A stretch of DNA of 64,000 nt from Kiritimatiellia bacterium (GTDB lineage Bacteria > Verrucomicrobiota > Kiritimatiellia > RFP12 > UBA1067). The stretch is from positions 544,001 through 608,000 of the forward strand of contig JBMNFY010000017.1 of NCBI GenBank assembly GCA_050949565.1, in the 5' to 3' direction. The notes below the pieces were generated by a model that was given only the letters and a program-made list of their open reading frames with translations, had not been told where the DNA came from and did no database searches. Positions 44,202 to 53,099 of this stretch are shown here, piece by piece. Each line of letters starts with the position of its first letter. The first letter of the stretch is position 1. The position numbers and the translations under genes were made by a program.

Positions 44202-44891
44202 ATGCGCGTACTTGTCATCGAAGATGATAAAAAAATCCAGGCGTTCATTAGCCGTGGATTGCGCCAAGAGGGCCACACCGTAGAAACCGCATCCACCGGT
44301 ACCGAGGGTCAGGCGCTCTGGCAGGCCCACCGCTACGACGCCGTCGTGCTTGACATCATGCTCCCGGAAATCGACGGCCTCACCGTACTCAAGCAGTTGC
44401 GCAACAGTGGAGACCTCACGCCTGTCTTGGTGCTCAGCGCCAAAAACGCCGTCGGCGACCGGGTCTCCGGCCTCCAGTCGGGTGCCGATGACTATCTGAT
44501 CAAGCCCTTCGCATTCTCCGAACTCTCAGCACGCTTGAACGCCATTACCCGCCGCACGGCAGCGGCTCCGCAAAAAGGCAAGACCGCGACCTCCATCAGC
44601 ATTGGCGACCTGCATGTGGATATGTTACGCCGCACTGTCGTGCGCGGCGACAAGAAGATCGACCTCCAGCCGCGCGAATTCGCCCTCCTCGATCTGCTGA
44701 TGCGCAACCCCGACCGCCCGCTCACCAAAGCTCTGATCCTCGAGCGCATCTGGAACCTTGACATAGACCCTCAAACCAACATCGTCGACGTTCTGATTTG
44801 CCGGCTTCGCAACAAGATCGATGCCGGCTTCGATAAGAAGCTGATCCAAACCCTGCGCGGAGTCGGTTATGTTTTTCGGACGGATCAATAA
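44202..44891 (+). CDS. OmpR-family response regulator
   Basis: VIEDD, LDIMLP, GADDYLIKPF, winged helix TLRGVGY. Confidence 0.95.
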   Translation: MRVLVIEDDKKIQAFISRGLRQEGHTVETASTGTEGQALWQAHRYDAVVLDIMLPEIDGLTVLKQLRNSGDLTPVLVLSAKNAVGDRVSGLQSGADDYLIKPFAFSELSARLNAITRRTAAAPQKGKTATSISIGDLHVDMLRRTVVRGDKKIDLQPREFALLDLLMRNPDRPLTKALILERIWNLDIDPQTNIVDVLICRLRNKIDAGFDKKLIQTLRGVGYVFRTDQ

Positions 44892-46293
44892 GGTCTTCCG
44901 CTCCTTCGCCTTCTACCTGTGCTTGGGCTACCTCGTGGTCTACGCGCTCTGCACCGTCAGCATCTACGTGCTCGCCAGCCAAGTCATCACGAAATCCGCG
45001 CGTGGGTACGACCGGCAGGACGTCACCGCCGAAAGCGAAGAGTTGGTCGAACTCATCCAGCAGAGTGCCGGCAGCAACCTGCTGGCAGAACAGGTCACAA
45101 TGGAACGCTACCCTCCCTCCACCATCTTCATCGTCCGTGTCATCAACCGGCGCGGCCAGGTGGAGTACACCATGACCTGGCCCAAAAAGATCGACCTGCC
45201 CGACTGGCGCGTCTATACGCCCCCGCAGGAGGCCTCGTCCCTGCCGCCTGCCGGCCTGAGCGAGTATTACATCAAGCCCCTTGGCCGCCACATCCAGATC
45301 CAGACCACCCTGCTCGAAGACGGGCGCGTCCTGCAGGTAGGCAAGGGGTCGTTTCTGGAGGTCGATCAAAAGAGCATGCTGGCCCGCATGCTACTGGTCT
45401 TTGCGTTGCTCTCGACCCTGTTTTCAGTTCTTTCCGGCATCTTCATGATGGTGATCACGCTGCGCCCCATCCATCACATCACCGACTCCATGAGCCACAT
45501 CATTGAGACCGGTGCCTTTGAAACCGGTGCGCCTCCCGTCAAAAGCCTGATCGCCGAACTCGACACCCTCGGCCGCCTCTTTACGATCGTCACCGAAAAG
45601 TACGCCAATCTGATCCAAGCCATGCGGCAGACCATGGACAATATCGCACACGACTTTCGCACGCCCCTCACCCGTATCCGCGGTGCCGCTGAACTCGCCC
45701 TAAACCATCGCGATCTCCCGCAAGATGTGTCCGACACGCTGGCAGACATCATTGAAGATTGTGACTCCGCCAAACTCCAGTTGCAGAATCTGATGGACGC
45801 ACGCGAAATGGAGAGCGGCTTCGTCAGGCTCAACATCCGCCCCTTTAACCTGACCAAGCTGATCGACGAGATCGTCGACCTCTACACACTCGTCGCGGAA
45901 GAGAAGGAGATTTCCCTTAAAACCGATCTGCCAACTGCGGACATGCTCGTTCGGGGCGATCGGCCGCGTCTGGTGCGTGTCTTCGCCAATCTCATCGACA
46001 ACGCCATCAAATACACCCCACAGCGCGGATCGGTCATCGTCTCTTTTACCGCAGATGACACCGGCATTACCACCTGTGTCCGCGACACCGGCATCGGCAT
46101 CCCGCAGGAAGAACTCGCGCTGATCTGGCAACGGCTCTTCCGCGGTCAACAGGCTCGGGAGGCGGAGAAGGGCCTAGGGTTGGGTCTCAACATCGTCCAG
46201 GCCATCGTCGCCGCCCACGGCGGCAAGGTATGGGCCGACAGCACCTCCGGCCAAGGTACCGCCTTTTACGTCACCCTGCCGCGGCACCCTTAG
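44869..46293 (+). CDS. Sensor histidine kinase
   Basis: Two TMs, NIAHDFRTPL, NLIDNAIKY, DTGIGI, GLGLGL. Confidence 0.95.
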   Translation: MFFGRINKVFRSFAFYLCLGYLVVYALCTVSIYVLASQVITKSARGYDRQDVTAESEELVELIQQSAGSNLLAEQVTMERYPPSTIFIVRVINRRGQVEYTMTWPKKIDLPDWRVYTPPQEASSLPPAGLSEYYIKPLGRHIQIQTTLLEDGRVLQVGKGSFLEVDQKSMLARMLLVFALLSTLFSVLSGIFMMVITLRPIHHITDSMSHIIETGAFETGAPPVKSLIAELDTLGRLFTIVTEKYANLIQAMRQTMDNIAHDFRTPLTRIRGAAELALNHRDLPQDVSDTLADIIEDCDSAKLQLQNLMDAREMESGFVRLNIRPFNLTKLIDEIVDLYTLVAEEKEISLKTDLPTADMLVRGDRPRLVRVFANLIDNAIKYTPQRGSVIVSFTADDTGITTCVRDTGIGIPQEELALIWQRLFRGQQAREAEKGLGLGLNIVQAIVAAHGGKVWADSTSGQGTAFYVTLPRHP

Positions 46294-46349
46294 TCGTTTA
46301 TACCAGTGCGGCGGCAAGCGGTATTCCGCGCAACGCCGCTTTTTCTGCG

Positions 46350-46592
46350 TTCGGCGTTCAGTGTTCGACGTTCGGCGTTCGGCGTTCAGAAGCGGCGTGA
46401 AACGCCGCCCGGACGAGCGACGCTCGTCCCTCCCGGCACTGCGCGAGCCGGATCATGGACTGGAGGGCGAGTGTCCCCACGAGCCGCCTTCCTCCGTGCG
46501 GAAGGATGGTTTCGCAGGTTTCAGTGCGGAGCACCGGGAGGGGCAAGTGTCACTTGCCCGGCGGCGCATGCGCCGCCCACTTGAGCGTTGAA
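46350..46592. repeat. Composite REP-like region
   Basis: CGTTCGG heptamers, GGACGAGCGACGCTCGTCC palindrome, GGAGGGCGAG REP at 46462, and a block homologous to 30120..30250. Confidence 0.85.
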
Positions 46593-46610
46593 AAATCCGC
46601 TCTTTTCGGT

Positions 46611-48081
46611 TTACAGGCCGCGCTCGAAAAACAGCCAGCCGAGGTTGGCCGGATTGTCGGTGTTGATCAGAAGACGCGGCCCCCAGGGCTTCCGAGCGAT
46701 CCAAGACGTTTCTCCCACTCCGGCAATCTCGTTCCTGACATTGACACGTAGCGGTTTGGGGACGACCGGATCAGCTTGGAGCGAGACGAACGGGATGCGC
46801 CGCCAGCCGTACCAGCCGCGGTTGTCTTTCATGCGGAACCAGGTAATGCTGTAATTGAGCGTCGGCCACAGTCTGCGCGGCTCGACCGTGAGCGTTACGG
46901 AGCCCGCCTTTTTCAGGTGTTCGCCAACGCACTCGGTCAGCACGTAGAAGGCGTCGCGGTCGTGGCAGCAGGCCCAGCGGATCTCGGGCACGGCGGCGTT
47001 GGTGCCGGAACAGGTCTGCCACTCCAGTCCGTCGGGCGGACGGTGGTTGGCGGGATTGCCGGACAGACGCGTGCCGATGTCCGCGCAGAAGAGGCTGCGC
47101 ACGGCGGGGCCGTCTGGCTTGCGTCCGGAGTAGGCGGCAAAGACATCCGTGCCGCTCGCGATCTCGCGCTCGAGCGCGGGGAATTCCTTGTCGAGCAGGC
47201 CTTGGATCTGCTTCATGCGCCAGCGGATTTTCGCGGGATAATACTTGTAGCCGCCGGCCTCCGAATGGAAGCCCAGACGCGAGTCGGCCTCGCACAGGGC
47301 GACCAGTTCGCCGCCGTTTTTCAACTCCTCTTCGGCGATCCGGCGCAGTTCCTTGATCGTCTCAAGCTGCTGGGCGGGAGTTTCATGAACCATACGCTCG
47401 CGCAGATCGTAGAACTGAAGAATGTTCAGCCCGCTACGGAACTGGATGCCCAACGCCTTGGCCACGCCGATGTCCAGACGGCGTTCCGGCAGAAGCCCCG
47501 GGACGGACTCCAGCGTCCGGAGCAAATCCACGCCCCAGTTCCATCCGGCGCTCAGGGTACGGCACGACTCGACGGCCTCGGAAAGGGCATAGGCCTGCGC
47601 CAGACACTCACCGATCCGGTCTCCGCAGGGCGGGAAGGGTGCCGGATTCATCCACGTCGGAACGAGCGGAGCGTCCTGCGGACGCAGCAGCAGAGGCCAG
47701 ACCACGCCATCGTGCATGGGGCCCCACCACTGGAACTCCGTGATCAGCGGCATGTGCTCATACCCGTCGGCCATCCGCTTCCAGGCCTGGGCAACCTTGT
47801 CCGCCTGCTTGCCCCAGTCGGGGCGCGCCAGCTCCTTCAGGAATGTCTCTTCCGATTCAGGGAAGGGCTCGAACGAAAGTGCGCCCGCCGCCTTGTTCAT
47901 GATCCCCGGAAAGTTGCCGAAGTACCAGCAAAGCATGGCGCGGGAAACGCCCAGCTCCCGCATGGCCTTGAATTTCCGGTAGAGCAGGCCCGGAACCGGG
48001 ATCTGCGGCGCGGTGGCCACCTCGTGCGAGTTGCAGGTCTGGATTTTTGCGGACATCGGCATGCCGGCCTGTCGGGCCACA
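46611..48081 (-). pseudogene. 3' half of a large hypothetical (glycoside-hydrolase-like) protein fused out of frame to a truncated PATR gene
   Basis: Begins mid-domain (AKIQTCNSHEVATAPQIPVPG, MLCWYFGN, DSRLGFHSEA) with no start or RBS; abuts PATR sequence at ~48082. Confidence 0.65.
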
Positions 48082-50345
48082 CGCGGTGACATTGGTGTCA
48101 TTGAGCGTGGTAAGGGAGTCGAGCTTGGAGGCGTCTAAGCGGTAGGAGAGCCCGGAGATGTCTGACAAGCTCCCCATCTTAAGGGTGCCGCCTGAGACGG
48201 TCGTCGCGCCGCTGTAGCGGTTGGTGTTAAAAAGGGTCAGGGTGCCGGTGCCGGTTTTGACCAGCGAGATCCCGTCGTCAATCTGTCCGGAGAAGACGGT
48301 GTTGGTATTACCGGAACCGACCGTCAGCACAAGATCCAGCCCCGAGGAATTCACGACCCGGCCGACGCCGGAGAGCGCGCCGAAAGCGGCGGAAGAACCG
48401 CAGAGGTCGAGCGTGCCGTTGAGGGTCAGCGGCCCGGCATAGTCGGGGACACGACCGAGCTTCAGGGTACCTGCTCCTTGGTGTGTGAGAGATCCGGTGC
48501 CACTGAGGAGATTGGTGACCTCAACGGTGGACGCGCTGTCGAAAATCAGGCTGTAGTCATTCTCAACCGGACCGGTTCCTAGAGTCCCGCCCGTGCCGAC
48601 CTTCAGGGTGTTGCGGTGCACACGCGTGCCGCCCGAATAGGTGTTCGTTCCGGTCAGCACGATCGTACCGGAGAGACGATCAACAGTGTGATCCCCTCCG
48701 ACTTCGAGTCGCCACGGGCCAGAGATCGGGCCGCTAAAAGTTCCGGTGACTAGTCTGTCTGAAGCGGCGATGCATGTGTCGCCGAGCAGCTCGACCGGCC
48801 CCGTGAATCGAGCGTTGCCCCCGATCCTGATGGCGCCGAACCGATAGTTTGCCTCCACATGGCCAGTGAGACCGGAAATGTGGAGGGCATTGGTGATAGT
48901 GAACCAGGAGCCGGAGAGATAGAGTTGGCCGCCCCAGCCATCGTGGCCTAGCACGGTGATATCCCCGCCGCCCAGGGCACTGTTTTTCGACATCACGACC
49001 CGTCCGGAGAGGATGCGGGTCCCGCCGGTGTACGGGTTACTGCTGGCAGGACTCAGATTGATCTCGGCACTCGGAGAGAGCCCGGCAAAAGTGATGCCGT
49101 TCTGGCCGGCCAAGGACGAGTAGACAATGGTTTGAATCGCGCCGCCGGTGTTTATACCGTTGAAAAGGACAATGCCCTCCGAGGTACCGAAGTCCAAGGT
49201 ACCGCTGGAGACCACAGTGGTCGTTTTGCCCGTCTTGTTCAGCATCAGGCCGGCCGGGCGAGTGCCGTCTCCGACGGTAAGGGTTTTGCCGACGTTGACA
49301 TTCAGGAGCACACCGCTGTTCACGCGCAAGGCGTACACGCTCGCGTTGTCGGTGGCCGTGGTGGCGGTCAGGTTGGCGATCGAGTCGGCGCCCCCGCCGA
49401 GCCCATCGGTGTAGTTGGCGACCGTAAAACCATTCGCACCGTAGGTCAGGAAATCGCCGGTATTCCCGCTATCATCGCTGTCGCGCCCCACGATTGAGGC
49501 ACCGACCATGCCGTTGTGGGTCGGCACGCCGCCGTTCACGAACAGACGCTCGGCGGCACCCAGATTCGCGGGGGAGGTTCCGTTCGTCGGCTCGACGATC
49601 AGCACGCCGCTACCAGCACGCGTGAGGACGCTCTCGGACGCGGCGGAAGCGTTGCCCAGCGTCAGCGTGAGGCTCGTGTTCGCGCCCTTCGCGAGATCGA
49701 GGGTTGCGGCGCCGCTGTAGGTGAAGGTGGCGTCCGTACTGCCGGAGGCTGCTGTGAGGGCGACATCCTGGCCGCTGCCCGCAGGAGCGAGATTGAGCCT
49801 GCCGCCATTCACAGCCACACTGCCGGACCCCAGAGGCGCACCGCCGGTCGCGGACGAGGAGAGGGTGCCGCCGTCTAGGGTCACCGGCCCCGCCAGAGTC
49901 CCGGGGGTTTCGGCAGTGAGACCCAGTTGACCCGCGCCGCGCTTGGTCAGTCCGCCCGTGACGTTCAGCGGTACGGCGAGCACGGCCCGCGTGGTATTGG
50001 CGGCACCGATGCCGACTGTGACGGTTGCGGGGGAGGCGTTGTTGTCAAGGGAAATGGCGTTGTTGGTGACCGTGTGAAAGCCGTTGGCGAAGAAGAGGCC
50101 GCCGAGCGTCAGCCCCGGAACGTTTTGATTCACGGTCGCGGCAACGAAGTTGGTGAAGGAGGCCACCGAACCCGCGCCCGAGGGGACAACGCCGCCCATC
50201 CAGTTGGCGGGGTGTTCCAGTCGCCCGATGCGATGTTGTTCCACGCGCCTGAATCGGCGCGCGCCTCGGTAACGCCGAGCAGCACGGCGGAACCGCAGCA
50301 AAAAACCTTTAAAAATCCGGCGACACGCATCGTTCTGTTTTCCAT
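48082..50345 (-). pseudogene. PATR (autotransporter-associated beta-strand) repeat protein, frameshift ~50210 and 3' truncation
   Basis: RBS AAGGAG then MENRT..signal..GDWNTP, shifting into ANWMGG. Repeats LTKRGAGQL, LTGTNTYSGGTRV, LVKTGTGTLTL..NRYSGATTVSGGTL. Ends abruptly at NDTNVTA. Confidence 0.78.
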
Positions 50346-50484
50346 CGTCCGACTCCTTGCGTTTCGTACGCTGATTTTCATAATCATAGAGTGGGCACCA
50401 TCGCCAAGGCGGGCCAGCAACCACCGGCCCCAGACAGTTTTGGGGCATTGTCCAAAGGAAAGGGGGAAAAAGTCAACCCTAAAA

Positions 50485-52851
50485 TCAGAAAATCTGTGCG
50501 ACGAAGCTGGGATCCATCGGGCACGTGACCATGACCTTGTCGTCGGCCTTGCCCCCCTTGATCGAGTAGTCCACAAGCTTGCCGTTTTTCATCTCGGCGG
50601 AAACAACGTAACCGCCGCAGGCACGGAAGTTCTCAAATTTGCCGGTGAATTTTTCTGGGACGGACGGGAACAGGCGGATCTCCCCACCCCAACTCTGTAA
50701 CAGCGCCTCGCTTGACAACATCAGGAACGCCGCCCCGCCTTCGATAACCGGCGCTACAAGCGCTTTGGCGTCAGGGTTGTAGGTGAGATCGTTCGGGCCG
50801 CGGCGTCCCCACTCCGTGAGTTTGCCGTGGTAATTACGACGGAGCAGCTTCGGTGCCTTCTTCACGTTGGCCAGCGCTTCCTCGCGCGTCATTTTCGTCA
50901 AGATGATCGGGTTGTGCGAAAAAACCCCATTCGGCTTGGCAAATCCGTCTTGGAAATCCTTGAGCGCCTCCCACCCTTTCACGCCGCCGTGAATGCGCGT
51001 CGTCGCCATGCCGAGATAAAGCGCGCTCCAGTCGTGTACCGGATGCGGTTCTGGCGTCTCGTATGAAATCTCCACCGCGTACTTCCATGCGTAATCAAGC
51101 GTTTTCTTGGCGACCTCGATATCGGTGTCGGCTTCAGAAGGGAAGAACGGATAAAAGAGATGACCGCCGTACATATAGTGGTCGTCAGGGATTTCCGGCC
51201 CGCACCACCAGCCGCCTTCGGAATGTTTCGCGAAGGCGGGATAATGCGCGAGCACATCCTTCCAGAGTGCCAGTTCCTGCGCATCGCATTTGAAACGTGT
51301 CGCCGCCTCTACAGCGGTTTCGAGACACGGCTTCAGACAGGCGATTGCCGTGGTGTCGTCCTTGGAACCGGTGAAAATCTCCGGCGGCACCGACCAGATG
51401 AAGTGATAGGTGCCGTCAGCGTCTCGGGTCATGGTTTCGGTGTAGAAGAGGATGAACTTTTTAAGCAGCGGATAGATTTCGCGCAGCACCGCTTCATCGC
51501 CGGTGTACCACCACGCCTGCGCCAGCACGAGTCCCGAGTAGGCACCTCCGCACAGCGTGTAGCGGTAGTCGGCGACGGGATGTTCGAATCCAAACTGGTT
51601 CATGTTCAAGGGCAAGTAAGCGCCCTTCACGCCGAATTTTTCCATCGTACGGCGTTCTATTTCTGGCATCGCATCTTGATACGTGCGGATGAACGGTTTA
51701 ATGAACTCGGCGTGATTAAGAGGAAAGAACGGCATCATCGGGATCTGCACGTTCTGGTCGTGGACGTAGCAATGAGAGCCGACACCGGCGTTAGCGCCGT
51801 CGATGGGGCCGTAGATGAGGCCGTTCAACGCCGGCATCGGCGATGCTCCGAACTGCGCGGCGAGCGCATAAAGGGCGTAGTTCCACTGGGTATCGACAGC
51901 CGGATCGCTATCGAAATAGGCACGTGCGCCCCTCATCCAGAAATCCTTCCACCATGCCCGGTTGTCCGCGCGCACGCGGTCGAAGCCGTCTTTCTCAGCG
52001 GCCTTGACCGCATCGAAGGCGGCGGCAACGGGATCGTCCGCATCACGCGTGGTCCTGACCGCGAGGAACAACGTCTTGCGCCCAGACGCCCTGACAGATG
52101 CGGTGCGCCCGTGCGCCACGGGCGTTGCGGGCGCAGACATCGCCACCGCGTATGTCTCGCCGCCCGGCAGACGCTGCGCAAAACCGACGACGCCGTCTTT
52201 GATTGTCCAAGCAAAGCCGCTGTCCTCAAGACGATGATCCTCTGGCCGCGCGAGTTGAATGACGGCGAGACGGTTCGGCGCGTTCGGATCGCCGATGTCG
52301 ACGACCATCACGTCGCGGCTACGTTCAATGAACGAAAGTGCTTCCGGCGTCAGGAACGGCGACGTCATCTTGGCGGACAGTTCGCCCGTCCGCGTGTCGA
52401 GTTCCTGGCGGGTGGCGGGGATGGACGGCATCGACCAGCCTACCCCGCTCCAAAAACGAACATGCAGGATTGCGGCAGAAAGCGAAGCCGTCAGCATGCT
52501 GCCGCCATCCGGGAAACCTTTGGTTCTTTGCTTCTCGGCGCGGAGAAACGCAACCGAATGCCCGGCATTCGTGGCAACGCAGGCCATCACTTCGGCATGC
52601 GGCGTGTACTCGCAGGAGAACACCCTTGAGTCGAGGACATCGTTGCGGTTGATCGTCCACTCGAGGTGCGCCGGCGCGTAGGCCATCGCGCCGGTGGCAC
52701 CGTCACCGATGAAAAGCCCGTCCTGCCAGATCGTTCCCGCCTGCTCCCGCACGAACACCGTTTCTGGGGACGCGGTCAGCGCCGACGCAACGAGCGCCGA
52801 CGCCGCTACCAAGGCAGGGGCTGTCCACTTCTGCTTTCGTTTCGATCCCAT
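50485..52851 (-). CDS. GH95-like glycoside hydrolase (alpha/alpha barrel)
   Basis: WQDGLFIGDGATGAM (GH95 N-terminal-like), SVPPE, EALLQSWGGEIRLFPSVP..FENFRACGGYVVSA. Confidence 0.75.
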   Translation of the reverse strand: MGSKRKQKWTAPALVAASALVASALTASPETVFVREQAGTIWQDGLFIGDGATGAMAYAPAHLEWTINRNDVLDSRVFSCEYTPHAEVMACVATNAGHSVAFLRAEKQRTKGFPDGGSMLTASLSAAILHVRFWSGVGWSMPSIPATRQELDTRTGELSAKMTSPFLTPEALSFIERSRDVMVVDIGDPNAPNRLAVIQLARPEDHRLEDSGFAWTIKDGVVGFAQRLPGGETYAVAMSAPATPVAHGRTASVRASGRKTLFLAVRTTRDADDPVAAAFDAVKAAEKDGFDRVRADNRAWWKDFWMRGARAYFDSDPAVDTQWNYALYALAAQFGASPMPALNGLIYGPIDGANAGVGSHCYVHDQNVQIPMMPFFPLNHAEFIKPFIRTYQDAMPEIERRTMEKFGVKGAYLPLNMNQFGFEHPVADYRYTLCGGAYSGLVLAQAWWYTGDEAVLREIYPLLKKFILFYTETMTRDADGTYHFIWSVPPEIFTGSKDDTTAIACLKPCLETAVEAATRFKCDAQELALWKDVLAHYPAFAKHSEGGWWCGPEIPDDHYMYGGHLFYPFFPSEADTDIEVAKKTLDYAWKYAVEISYETPEPHPVHDWSALYLGMATTRIHGGVKGWEALKDFQDGFAKPNGVFSHNPIILTKMTREEALANVKKAPKLLRRNYHGKLTEWGRRGPNDLTYNPDAKALVAPVIEGGAAFLMLSSEALLQSWGGEIRLFPSVPEKFTGKFENFRACGGYVVSAEMKNGKLVDYSIKGGKADDKVMVTCPMDPSFVAQIF

Positions 52852-52880
52852 ATCCTATTCCTCCTCGGTTGTCCCTCGTT

Positions 52881-52926
52881 CCCGCCAGCCGACGGCCAGC
52901 GTGACGCCGGGCGCTGGCTGGCGGGC
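52881..52926. repeat. GC-rich hairpin, same family as 60684..60730
   Basis: CCCGCCAGCC...GGCTGGCGGG inverted arms. Confidence 0.6.
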
Positions 52927-53099
52927 GCACACCTCCTTCAGATACTGAATGGGGCTCATTTTGGCATGCGGAAGGGGTTCCGGCAAGGTTGAACCGGACG
53001 GGGAAGAGGAATCCACTGGACGAACTGCCGCAGCACGGCGTACACTGTCCTCGTCGGTTTCGGGGACGTGAACCCAAACAATCAAGGAGAAGACGTTTC

